From: Lingula anatina
Taxonomy: Eukaryota > Animalia > Brachiopoda
Assembly (NCBI GenBank): GCA_051362555.1
Contig: CM120645.1
Location: 11,594,001-11,658,000 of the forward strand
Direction of reading: 5' to 3'
DNA length: 64,000 nt
Below, in pieces: positions 13,636 through 24,508 of this stretch; the stretch's first letter is position 1, and each line of letters begins with the position of its first letter. The notes beneath the pieces were generated by a model that was not told where the DNA came from, made no database searches, and was given only the letters and a program-made list of their open reading frames with translations. A program made the translations under genes and the position numbers.

Positions 13636-15213
13636 TTATCCCAGGCCACCGTCACCGCCTCCTCCCCGACTCGGCGAGTGCCGGTAAAAATTGTTGAAAT
13701 TATTCACAACGATAGGCACAGGAAGAGCTATAGTGAGTACACCCGCTATCACACACAGCGTCCCCACGAGTTTCCCCCACACCCCACTGGGGACCAGGTC
13801 CCCGTACCCCACCGTTGTCATGGTGACAATAGCCCACCAGAACCCCTCGGGAATACTGTAGAATTTCGTGTCCTTGGATTCCGTTTCCACGAAAAACATC
13901 ACTGAAGCGAAAAGTACTACCGATATTCCCAGAAATATGGCGAACATGCCGAGTTCCTTCATGCTGGCTTTCAGAGTAAGGCCCAGAACTTGTAAGCCAC
14001 GGGAATGTTTAGAGAGTTTGAAAATCCTAGTCACTCGAAGAAGTCTCAGGATTCTGAGATAAGCCAAAGATGCGCTTTTGCTGTCATAGGAACAACTTTG
14101 TAGCCAGGAAACCACGGCAACGATAACGAAGTAGGGCAGTATTGCCAAGAGATCAAATATATTGATGATATTGAGGCAGAATTTCTTCTTATTCGGGCAA
14201 GAAATGAGGCGTATGATGAGCTCGAACGTGAACCATATAACACAGCACGATTCAATGATGAAAAATGGGTCTCGGTAATTCGGTTTATAGGCGTAGGTCT
14301 GCGTATTCCCATCCTTATCTACTACAGTCACATTAATGCATGAGTTATCCTTAAACTCGGGTAAAGTCTCCAAGCAAAACGTTACGATCGAAACGAGAAT
14401 CACAATAATGGAGAAAAGGCCGAGAACACGTGCATACATAGAGCTGCTAGGAAATTCCATTAATAACCAAATTTCTCTGAGAATTCGATGCCGAGGTAGC
14501 ACAACATCAGGTTCAGGCATGAAACCTTCTTTCTTTTTATAATCTAAAACAATCTCGTCCCCCAGCTCGTAAAATGTCATTTCGTCCATGAAAATATCCT
14601 GCGGCACCTCCATCGGCCTTTTTAGCCTACCCCCCGACTGATAAAAGTTCAAAATAGCCTCAAACGTTGGCCGGTGGCGATCTAGAAAATACTCCTGTCG
14701 AAAGGGGTCCCAGTACTTTCTGCGTTTGTTTGGGTCCCCAAGTAATGTATTGGGGAACCGTTCTAAAGTTCGTAATTGGGTCTCGAACCGTTGCCCACTG
14801 ACGTTGATGGTGATCCTCTGACATCTTTCAATGAGACAGTCGTGGGGGAAGCAAGAGTGATCGTCTAAGTCGGAGCTAGGGGTGTGCTTCAGGCTACCGC
14901 TGCAGTCCTTTGAGAGAGCCACGGCGGTGACCAAAAATTCAGGGGGAACAGACTTACTCCTTCTCCGGTATTCGGCCTCGGTGTCCGCTTCGACTGTTAC
15001 AGGCGTAGTGTGCTCAGATCGAGTCGGTTTTCGGATCTTTTGGTCCCCCCGGAACAATCCTTCCAGTCTGTCTCTCGGTATGGTAAAAGTCCCATTGCTG
15101 ACATGTTGCGTGAGCAGCTCCCTGTCGTGCTCCACCTCAAACGACGTCGGAGAGCGGCTACGGCTGAAGTTTTTGGAGCCAAGGCCGTTGGTCGTTAAAT
15201 TACTGAAATGCAT
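13636..15213 (-). CDS. KCNA: Voltage-gated potassium channel alpha subunit, Shaker/Kv1-like (gene A), intronless CDS, 525 aa
   Basis: Kv1-type T1 domain (RITINVSGQRFETQLRTLERFPNTLLGDP..YFLDRHRPTFEAILNFYQSGGRLKRP), S1-S3 with acidic counter-charges, S4 LRILRLLRVTRIFKLSKH, pore WWAIVTMTTVGYGD, S6 LTIALPVPIVV. In-frame TAA two codons upstream of the ATG. The symbol is family-level only. Confidence 0.97.
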   Translation of the reverse strand: MHFSNLTTNGLGSKNFSRSRSPTSFEVEHDRELLTQHVSNGTFTIPRDRLEGLFRGDQKIRKPTRSEHTTPVTVEADTEAEYRRRSKSVPPEFLVTAVALSKDCSGSLKHTPSSDLDDHSCFPHDCLIERCQRITINVSGQRFETQLRTLERFPNTLLGDPNKRRKYWDPFRQEYFLDRHRPTFEAILNFYQSGGRLKRPMEVPQDIFMDEMTFYELGDEIVLDYKKKEGFMPEPDVVLPRHRILREIWLLMEFPSSSMYARVLGLFSIIVILVSIVTFCLETLPEFKDNSCINVTVVDKDGNTQTYAYKPNYRDPFFIIESCCVIWFTFELIIRLISCPNKKKFCLNIINIFDLLAILPYFVIVAVVSWLQSCSYDSKSASLAYLRILRLLRVTRIFKLSKHSRGLQVLGLTLKASMKELGMFAIFLGISVVLFASVMFFVETESKDTKFYSIPEGFWWAIVTMTTVGYGDLVPSGVWGKLVGTLCVIAGVLTIALPVPIVVNNFNNFYRHSPSRGGGGDGGLG

Positions 15214-15924
15214 GATTTATATTTATCCCGTTAATTACATCCTCTTCTCGTAGATATGCACACTGGCTGCTCCTGCTTCTTAATCTAATAAAAGGTGTGA
15301 CATTCCGATAGAAAATGTTCTCCGGAGCGGCCTCCGCGGAGCCCTGCCTCATGCCGAGCGGGTAGTGCGTACTCCGAGCCTCAGCTAATAACCTGGCTGA
15401 GCTTAGAGAGTAGCGGGGCACAGGTGGCTCTCTGCTTTAATGCGCGGTATACGTGTCCGTGGGCCTATTCACCGACTGAATTCGCACCCGATTTAGAATA
15501 AGCAATGAAGCTCGAGTAAACCCACAGGATTCATTATGATACGAAAATGAAGAACGGCTTTGTTGTTTGGTTATTCTAAACAATAGTGCCCAAAACTCCT
15601 TGCTGATTGTTTGACGGCGCTGTGGAAATCCTTGAAACAACTACAATACTAATCCCACGCCTGGTCTCCCAAGGGAAACAGCAGTTCCTTGTGTTTGAAT
15701 TATGCATTGTTCGACAATGCTGATAGAAGGTGTTTTTGGTCCTATCCATTCAAACGAACGCTATTTTTGTTTGGTACACCGTATGTTTATAGCTCCAGTC
15801 CCGTTAAATGCGCCCGTTGTACGGCCCTCCCTATAAGTCGTCAAAACCGATCGCGTCTTGGGCAGGTGAAAGGCCCTGTGTTTGTTTGCCTACGTAATCC
15901 AATTGAATGTAACGCCATTGCTTT

Positions 15925-16042
15925 CTGATGCTTGAAAATAAATTCGATATAATTACGGTGGCGTGTTGAAATGTTTTGTATTTACATAATGCGCTCTAAC
16001 TTAACACATCAGCAAACAATTTTCCGGTTGTGTTGGACTCAC
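15925..16042 (-). other. Candidate 5'UTR intron of gene A
   Basis: Minus-strand donor TGG|GTGAGT at 16042 and acceptor TTTATTTTCAAGCATCAG| ending at 15925 (alternative AG at 15931), about 0.7 kb upstream of the ATG. Motif-only. Confidence 0.4.
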
Positions 16043-19002
16043 CCAGACCATAACATCACACCTTCACGATCCCGCTAGAATCGATGAAGAAAAAAATCTA
16101 TGATTGGGTAGATGCAAGAGAGGTAATCTTTGCAAGCGCTCATTCCGCTTGCTACTATTGCTGCTATTGCTTTCAACTATTAATGAGACTCCAGGAGTAG
16201 TTTGATTTGGTGCCAATAATAATCTCTCTACAAACGCGCAGTCCGATTAAGCATGCAGAAAGGGTATATAAGTTGTGCATATTATTGTGATATTCGGTAA
16301 ATGTCCAAATGTAGATTTTCCGACCTGTAGGTGTAATCCCTTGCTTCTATGCGGCCTAAAAACCTTGCAGTCCAGATTCAAACGGAAACATGAATGGTTT
16401 ATATTTCCTGGCGTAGAACTCTCGATAATTGTTATTCTAAAAGCGATTTCCTCTTCTCCCTTTGCCTCTCTCTGCGTTCTCTTTACTGATATGTTTATCA
16501 TCAATGTACACTATTCTTGTGACATGTAGATATCTAAACGATATCTTTTAAATACGTGTCTATTCTCCTTCAATTTTCGTTCTTGGAATTAAATTCACAG
16601 CCATGTCTTACATATTTATCAAATAGTTAAGTAGATTCCGAAACATTGATGTACCGACCGCAATAAAAGTCAAGTTTCACCCATTTTTTAGCAACTTTCA
16701 CTTTCATTTTTGTCGTGCTCTGTCTGTAATGAGTAGTTTTACCACCCGGGTCAGGGTGACCTCAATGGTCCATTAATTTAAGAGGGCACCTTTTACCCTC
16801 GTCCTGTTGGCCGAATTCCTTCAACATTAAAAGACCGTATATAGTCGTGTACCCTTAATAACAGACTCCAAGGTATAGCTATCCCAGCCTCACTTGTTAA
16901 CGTGCTCCTCCTCTGGTTTCACTTGTTTTCGCGGTACGTGTGTAACTGTTTCCTGCTGTCCGAGACCTTTAGGCTGTTTTTGTTATCTACCTGTTTCCCC
17001 TCTGAACCAACCCTGTCTATTCCTGTCACTGGCAGTGGGGTTCGATTATCAATTTATATCATATATTTTCAGAATCAACACACCGTGGTGTCACGTTACT
17101 GGAACGCGTCGTTCTTTCTTTAACGCTGGTGGCGCAGGAAGGGAGCTACGAAAACAACCATGCGTAACGCTAATTATCCCAATAAGATCGTCACATAATA
17201 ATTATTGAATTGTCTAAGGAGTTATTCGAGTTAAACAGATGTTCTTATAGAATTGTTGTGACAATATATGGAATTGCCAAATACATTCTGTCACTCTAGA
17301 AAAATATGATACACTCTCGTGTTGGATGATGTCGACTTTTGTATTGAGGGGTGAGTTGGGTTTTCATTATTTTATTTCCATAATAAGTAGAACTTGCCGT
17401 ATAAAAACATGACGATTAAAATGGCTTGTATTCACTTACAACAACTATTATCCTTACTAGTGGAAACAACAGACAAAGCAAGAAAAAGGCCAGAATCGAT
17501 GCTATTTACTTAATCGGAATTCATTTAGAAAAGACGAATGGTGGCATAACCCTGCACCCGGATTACACAGATGTTTCGCAAAATAGATTAGACATCGATC
17601 CGCAGGTCTTAATGAAGACTGTTTCAATTGTTCAGGGATAAGTTCCCCAAAGGTCCTCGTTTTGAGCGATACGCCATGAAATCTTCAGATTGATTCATTG
17701 TCGGGAACGAGGCTGCGCACGGAGAGCTAATGTATTGTCACCTTGTATCTGTGTTTCCCATCGCAAAGGCAAGACCAAAATAATCAATTTGGACACTATC
17801 GATCGAACATCATAAACGCTGATGATATGTTGTAACAAAAACCTGCTCGGCAAAAACTCCCTTTCTCTTGCTTCCCCCGAGTGAAAAACACACGCACCTG
17901 TTTCTCCGAGTACATGTTTGGTTTTTTACCCTCGGGGGAATCTTGCAGGGATAATGTTACTGAGGACTTAATGATAAGTGATCCCATTTTACCTGGAATC
18001 CAACTCACAACCAAATGCTCTTTACGAGATACAAAATATGGCACTACATTTTTTTCTTTCATTTTCAAAAGCAAGGGACACAGGGACACTTCATCAATTA
18101 TTTCTTGGAGAAAAAGATCGATACAATTATGTGAGGAACAAAAAGAGCAGCTTTTCCTTAATGAGTGTTTCTTTAAATACACGTTTTCCTCAGCAAGGAG
18201 GTGTCCTTATACGAGCACGGCAAGACGTGACACCGTGTAAGCGATATGCAGATTCATATAGGCAATTTTGTTGAACGGCGTGTGAATATTTGGAATGCTT
18301 AAATTTGATCTTAGGTTTTGTTATTACTGTCATTTCATTACTGTAACTACTGTGTATTATTTTGCAATTATTATTCCAATAATCTTACTTGTTTGGGTGT
18401 GATCCTTTTCGCTGTGAGCAGTGACTCGACGTATGGATCAAACCTAAAAACAACATAATGTGTGGTTATAAAATGCTTTATTTATATGAATTCTAAGCAA
18501 TTGTGCTGCTATCTGCTTATTTATTTGACGTAGTTAAATGTCCATGATCTGATGGTTATACCTTATACATGCGCATGTGATTGTCAATAAAGATTCTTCC
18601 CCGGTGTTTATCAACCGTCATGGTTTTTTAAAAGCTTATATTTGGACAAAGGAATGTACAAGGAGGGAACGATTAAAGGTTCCTTAAAATCAAACGAACA
18701 TACACTGTAACAACATGAGAATTGGGCAAAATGATTAAATTTTGATATTAGCGATGTTATGTTAAAAAGGGTGCGTAGTAAAGGAGCGAGACAAAAGAAG
18801 GACACAGATACGAAGGATCCGAATTTGTGTAAAGCAACGCAAGAACATAATCAAGGAAATATGATTTATACAGGTATCTGAAGATTGTTATAAGTGTTCG
18901 GCAGCAAAATAAATTAATGGCATTATAAATTAACGATAACCGAGGACAAGGAGGAAAATTGTAATGAATTGTAACGGTATCAAATGTGCATGATACGGAT
19001 GG

Positions 19003-19006
<4 letters not shown>

Positions 19007-19066
<60 letters not shown>
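19007..19066. repeat. Compound (AC)n(AG)n microsatellite
   Basis: Read directly from the sequence. Confidence 0.97.
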
Positions 19067-19068
<2 letters not shown>

Positions 19069-20685
19069 CGCAGGCTCAACTAAATTGCAGTAGATTAGAT
19101 TGGAATTGGAATTGTGACCAGTTGCGATTTCAAGTTATCAGGAGTCTCTATCGCATCTCACTATGCCTATGTTTGAGTACATATTGATGAATATATGGTA
19201 TAGAACGCACCATGAAGATGGAGATCGTTTTCAATTTCTTGCTGTTAACGCCCATTTGCGTTTTCAATCGTAGCTATTACAATCATTACAGCGGAGAAAA
19301 AAGTAAATTTATTTAAAACTTCCAGGGCAAGTTGTGAAAGTCCAACCCCATAAAAATGGAATTTTCTGGAAACTTGATTACATCAGACGTGTAAATGCAT
19401 TAGTTTTACTTTACATTGTGCAACATGTTTTTTGTCGAGATAAAAGTGCAGACAATTAATGTGCATTTGATATGGCATGCACATTTTTATTGCTTGCAAA
19501 AAGTCCGTAGACATGCTGTTTGGCTTTTTTGATTTAAGCTTTGTTAAAATGGGGTGCCATTTCGTTCGCATTCAAAAACTATTCAAACACTTAGGATCAT
19601 CATTATAAAAGTTGTCTTTGACAGGTATACGTGGTATGACTAGTATCAAACGATGTCTCCGATAACACAAGAATTATGTCTGCCATCACTGACGTCATAG
19701 AAACATGAAGATTTGCGGTCTTATTTTCAAGAAGAGTTTGTAGTTCTTCACGATCTGAGTCTCGGCAACTCTCTACACCTGGCACGGAGTTCTAGATGTA
19801 AACAAACGGATCACGGAACAAGGTGCGTGGGTTGTGTTGATAAATGAGTAGATTCCTTTTTTTCTTTAACTCGTTCATCTTTAAATTTTTAGTCTCATAT
19901 ACAGCTTGCTAAAATATTTTTAAAAATCTGAGTTTTTCAGAAGTTATGAAATGAAATGTTATTTGGTTAAAAATGCTAGTGAGTTGATGAAGCCGTGAAA
20001 GCAACGGGACATAAAAGTGTAATCCATCACAAGCAGCGTTTTACCTTCGGTTACCAAAATTTAATCAACTCACTGGAATATTGGAAACGAAGTGTTTCGC
20101 GTCACGTTCATGTTTATTTCTTATTTTCGCCCCCTCTTTTAAATGTGTTTCAATGCATAGTGCTTGATTTCCATGTTTTTTTGTCTCTTTTCGTTTCATT
20201 ACTCATGGCAAAGCAAAACTTAAACGTAACATCAAATAAGTCAGATAGGCATCACCTTTATACTGGTAGTCGATTACGTGCATAAAATCATATGCCAGTT
20301 CGTAGCGCTTGAATCAGGAAGAATTCTTTGAGTTTACTTTGGCGTAACTGCCGTACATTATGACGTGTTCAATAACAACGGTTAGTCTTAATGTATTTTG
20401 TTTATCGCTTTATTACCACTCGGTGCACTTTGATCAGCGCTCAAGGGTCCTCGTGTCCAGAGTTAATCAGTTGCTCCTCCTGTGAACGCAACACGTGTTA
20501 TAACAATATAACACGTGCCCTGAGCTAATATGGGCCGATTATAGACACGCTTTGGGATCAATATTAGTAGGCGGGTTGCTCATGGTATATGTATTGACAT
20601 TGGGTGTGAACCGGTGTGACAGGAATAGAAGTCCGCAAGGAATCGTATATATGTAGTTCGTTTCCCATTACTTTGAATGCACTGT

Positions 20686-20806
20686 AGTTCTAGGAATGGA
20701 AGTTCGGATTGGGACAGGCTAGAGTCTGTAGGGTTAGCCGAAAGCACTGTGGGTAGAGTATGGGACTGGGAACGGAACCACGGTACCTAGCCGACTGCCA
20801 TTCCTG
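20686..20806 (-). repeat. Short dispersed repeat, copy 2 (inverted relative to 11256..11404)
   Basis: Reverse complement reads CAGGAATGGCAGTCGGCTAGGTACCGTGGTTCCGTTCCCA...GCTAACCCTA...ACTTCCATTCCTAGAACT. Confidence 0.7.
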
Positions 20807-21439
20807 CTGGGTTTTCATGAGTCAAGGTCATTCACATCCATACATGATTGCAATACGCTGGTTTTAAGTTGTGACTTGATCTAATTTGAAAAAGTTGGTA
20901 AACAGAGTCTAAACAGACATCTTCACGAATATTATCATACGGTATTTTGTGAACCACGAGCTGCAGACTATACCAAAATATGGCGAAGCCTCCGCAACTT
21001 GTACCACTGATCCGTCCCTGAAACTTTACAAATACTGGTACATCCCATGTGAACATGACTTTTATAGCACTCTAGTGTCAGGAATAAATCAAATGGATTG
21101 AGGGGATACAGATCAATGTAGTATAAGACAATGTGGCCATTATTTTTGTTGCCATTGCAGACAGGCCCCCTCCAAATGTGCATGTGCAAGTATCAATGAG
21201 ATCGGGTCTGGATCTGGTCTAGAAGTTCTGGTATACATATACATGCATGTAAATGCACGCGTTGCATTGTCAACTTGTTAGATGACTTACAGAAGGCATA
21301 AAGCAAATACATAAAGCAAATTCTCAGTGAGTGTTAATGAATGGTTTTTGCACTGAATAACGTTGCTGAGTCCTGATAAACATAGTTGTCATGTCCGCTC
21401 ATTGAATATTGAAATTGTTGGATATTTTAGGCCTACAGA

Positions 21440-21461
21440 ACACACACTCACACACACACAC

Positions 21462-21522
<61 letters not shown>
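21440..21522. repeat. Compound (AC)n(AG)n microsatellite
   Basis: Read directly from the sequence. Confidence 0.97.
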
Positions 21523-21524
<2 letters not shown>

Positions 21525-24428
21525 CTGCAAGCATTAAGACCTTAAACAAATAATCATTCAGAAAACAAAATCTTATATAATTTTGTTTCGGATAATCGCA
21601 AAACGATCTATCAAACTACGCAGTAGGCCTACGTTACAAATGTAAGTGGATGGCGTTTATTTTTCAAGTTTTTAGAAGTTACAAAGGTAAGCTGATCTTT
21701 CAACCTTTCACTGACAGACATGGGCATGGAGATATGTTTAAGACAATCCTTCTGGGTCATGGTTTCTGTGTGCGCACTTTCGGTATGTTCGTTATCTCAA
21801 AAGCTCAGTTTCGTGACCAAGATCTCGTTTCAGAGAGTTGCGAAAATGTTTTAGGTCCAAAATTCTAGACTGCAATGGGTTCGGAATAATATCTGCACTA
21901 CACTGAATATATAATGCGTTAGTCATTTGGTATTATATTTGAAAAGGAAAGTAAGTTTCCAATATACTTGACCTTGGTCAGAGTAAGAAGTTGGTCAGAG
22001 TAAATTAAAATTTGTTTTTAACCTTCGTGGGGTTTTAACCAAACAAATTTCGACAGAAGACATCCATTAGATGACATACTCAAAGTAAATTTTCCATGAG
22101 AAGATATTTTAAAAACATATTAATTAATTTTTGATAAAAAATCAATGCCTCGCAAAAACCACCCAAACCATTACTCCAGTAGTATGTAATTGACATGGGG
22201 CTTAATTCTATCATTCTCTCTTTTATCTCTTAAACCTCTTTCAACGCTCCCTAGAGATCGTGATAATCAAATTTTTTTCACAGCTGCATCATTTCGCGAC
22301 ATAATTTCTCCCAGTGTAGTCAGGTTTGATAACACAATGGGCTGTGTAATTTATGGATATGTTAATTCTACTGACGATGAAAAAATGTTGGGGCAAATAT
22401 ACGCTACTTGCATGTTAAGAGTGTTGCGTGCATGATCATATTGCAAAACCATAAATTGTAGTTTCGAGTGGAGAACTATTTGTAGAGCTTTAAACCTGCC
22501 ATGGCATATTATTAAGCTTGGACGAACATTCGTCAAAATAATATATATATATATATATAAAGCAAAAAGACGTTCTGAATGCTTGCGCGCTTGTGTATTT
22601 GTGCACGTGCGCGTGCGTAAGTAGCATGAAATACTGTATTCATCATTAAATAATTTTTGAAAACCGAGTAAATTTTTAATCAATAGGTTCATGAAATCCC
22701 GAAGAAGCAATACGATCCGTATTCTGCACGTTATTGTTCTAAATGCCAAAAAAGGTATAATTAGATCCAAAAGAGAAAGGTTGATGTCTATGAAATAAAC
22801 ACACGGTGTGAGACGTGGTATTTTCTTAAATTACGTCAGCATTATTGATACTGACGTTATGACTAGCAAGACGCATCGCTGACTACTTGAATATTTCATG
22901 GAACTCGTGCATTTGACACAGTTGCTGTAATAGCAAACCTGGGTTATTCCTTGGGATGGCGAAGAGTTAGAATATATCACTGTCGGACAACTCATGGTTT
23001 ATTCACGTCTTGTTACCCGGGAAATTTGCCTGGATTTCATGTAAGGTTAGAAGCACCTGAAAGTGAGGTTGGAAAGGTGTCTGTGTGTTTTTATACAACT
23101 ATAGCTATATCTATCTAACAAAATGGTGTATTAAAGGAGTTTATTTTTTCTTTAAAATGCTTTGATATTTTGTGCTAGAATTTTCAAGCGGCGTGGATAG
23201 CAGTGAAAGAATGGACTTTCATTGATGTTATTGGACAAATAGGAAAGATGTAGCCATATTTAGTGAACAATTTTTCTCAATTACCAATTGTTATATTATT
23301 GACAACAAAGATACAACATTAAGTGGTAATTTAATTAGTGTGTGCGTACTTTCTGTGCGTAAGTAGTTTATAGAACAAAAGAGGTAAGTTTTACATTCAA
23401 ACTAAGAATGATTTCCCTCCATAAAAAACAAATAAGCCTTTAAGCGTTTTGCTTTTTAGGCATGTAAAGTCGATTTTTTTCATTAACAACGCACACGTCC
23501 CCGTCTCACTGGTATTACATAATCACAAGTGCTTCACGAAGCACAACGTATATTCTGCCATTTGTGACGTCACTCTGACGCAAGTCTGTTCTAGATTTGG
23601 AAGTTGGTTGGAACCTGATAATCTGTAAAACAAAACGGTTTTAAAATATTCAAATATATGGATAGGGTAAGATGTTACACCTCCTTCTTTGAATTCGTTG
23701 AATGCATGATGGCCATTTTGCATCCAAGTCATATCTATCGTTTCTAACTTAATTATAAATTGCTCTCAATATCGACTACCACCGTGTCCCCAAATCACCT
23801 GAAATCCTATTAATCACCTGAAAATGGACATTATGTAGGGCAATTACCACCTATTCTGCGTGAATAAACCATCGATTAGCGACACTTCATTGGTGCTTTG
23901 GCTCGTTTAATTATTCAATTCGTAATCAGGTGTCTCACGCAGCCGAAGGTGACATTTGATACGTTTTTGTATGCGATGGCTGATTATACAGCAAGCCGTC
24001 GACTGTACTTTAAGCTGCTGAGTGAGAATGATTCTTTGTGAAGTGAAATCAGTGGAGTGTGGAGTATTTCGAATTTTCTGCCATATTGAACGGCATACGA
24101 AATTGTTACTAAACAGTGGATTACAGCCACGAATTCGAACCGACGTTTTGGTAGAATGATCTCTGAAGTAGAATATGTTGCAATTTCATATTTCTGAAAA
24201 TTATATAGGCTAATTATTTTGTAACTGTTGCTCCCCTCTTTTAGTCAGAATACGTCAGAACACTTTAGTCAGAACACTTTTAATTCTTCGTTGCGAACAC
24301 TGTACGCTACTCGCTGTGAAATAACTGAATAATAGCTCCCTATAGGAACAGCTATTAATCATTATCTATCAAAACTTGACAACGAAATAAATCATTTAAC
24401 GTTGACACCGGGATGATCTTTGCAATAT

Positions 24429-24508
24429 GATCACGTGACAGGATGTCAGATTTATACACGATTACATCATTTCGGGTGCCAATATTTTTTTGTTTTGTGC
24501 GCATGCGC
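24429..24508. promoter_or_regulatory. Candidate promoter/enhancer motifs: TCACGTGA E-box and TGCGCATGCGC (NRF1/Ewg-type) site
   Basis: GATCACGTGAC at 24429 and TGCGCATGCGC at 24498, in the intergenic region between the two channels. Motif-only. Confidence 0.3.

Noticed and set aside
13504-15253. ORFs overlapping gene A in other frames or on the plus strand (e.g. 13504..13905, 14882..15253)
   Set aside because: These are shadows of the real CDS, with no recognisable domains.
16894-17100. Possible solo LTR (starts TGTTAAC, ends GTTAC; shares TCTATTCCTGTCAC with the reverse complement near 20615)
   Set aside because: No clean TG..CA ends or target duplication could be confirmed, and the shared match is only 14 bp.
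17796-18274. Overlapping 98-128 aa ORFs on both strands
   Set aside because: No recognisable domain or splice structure; consistent with chance.
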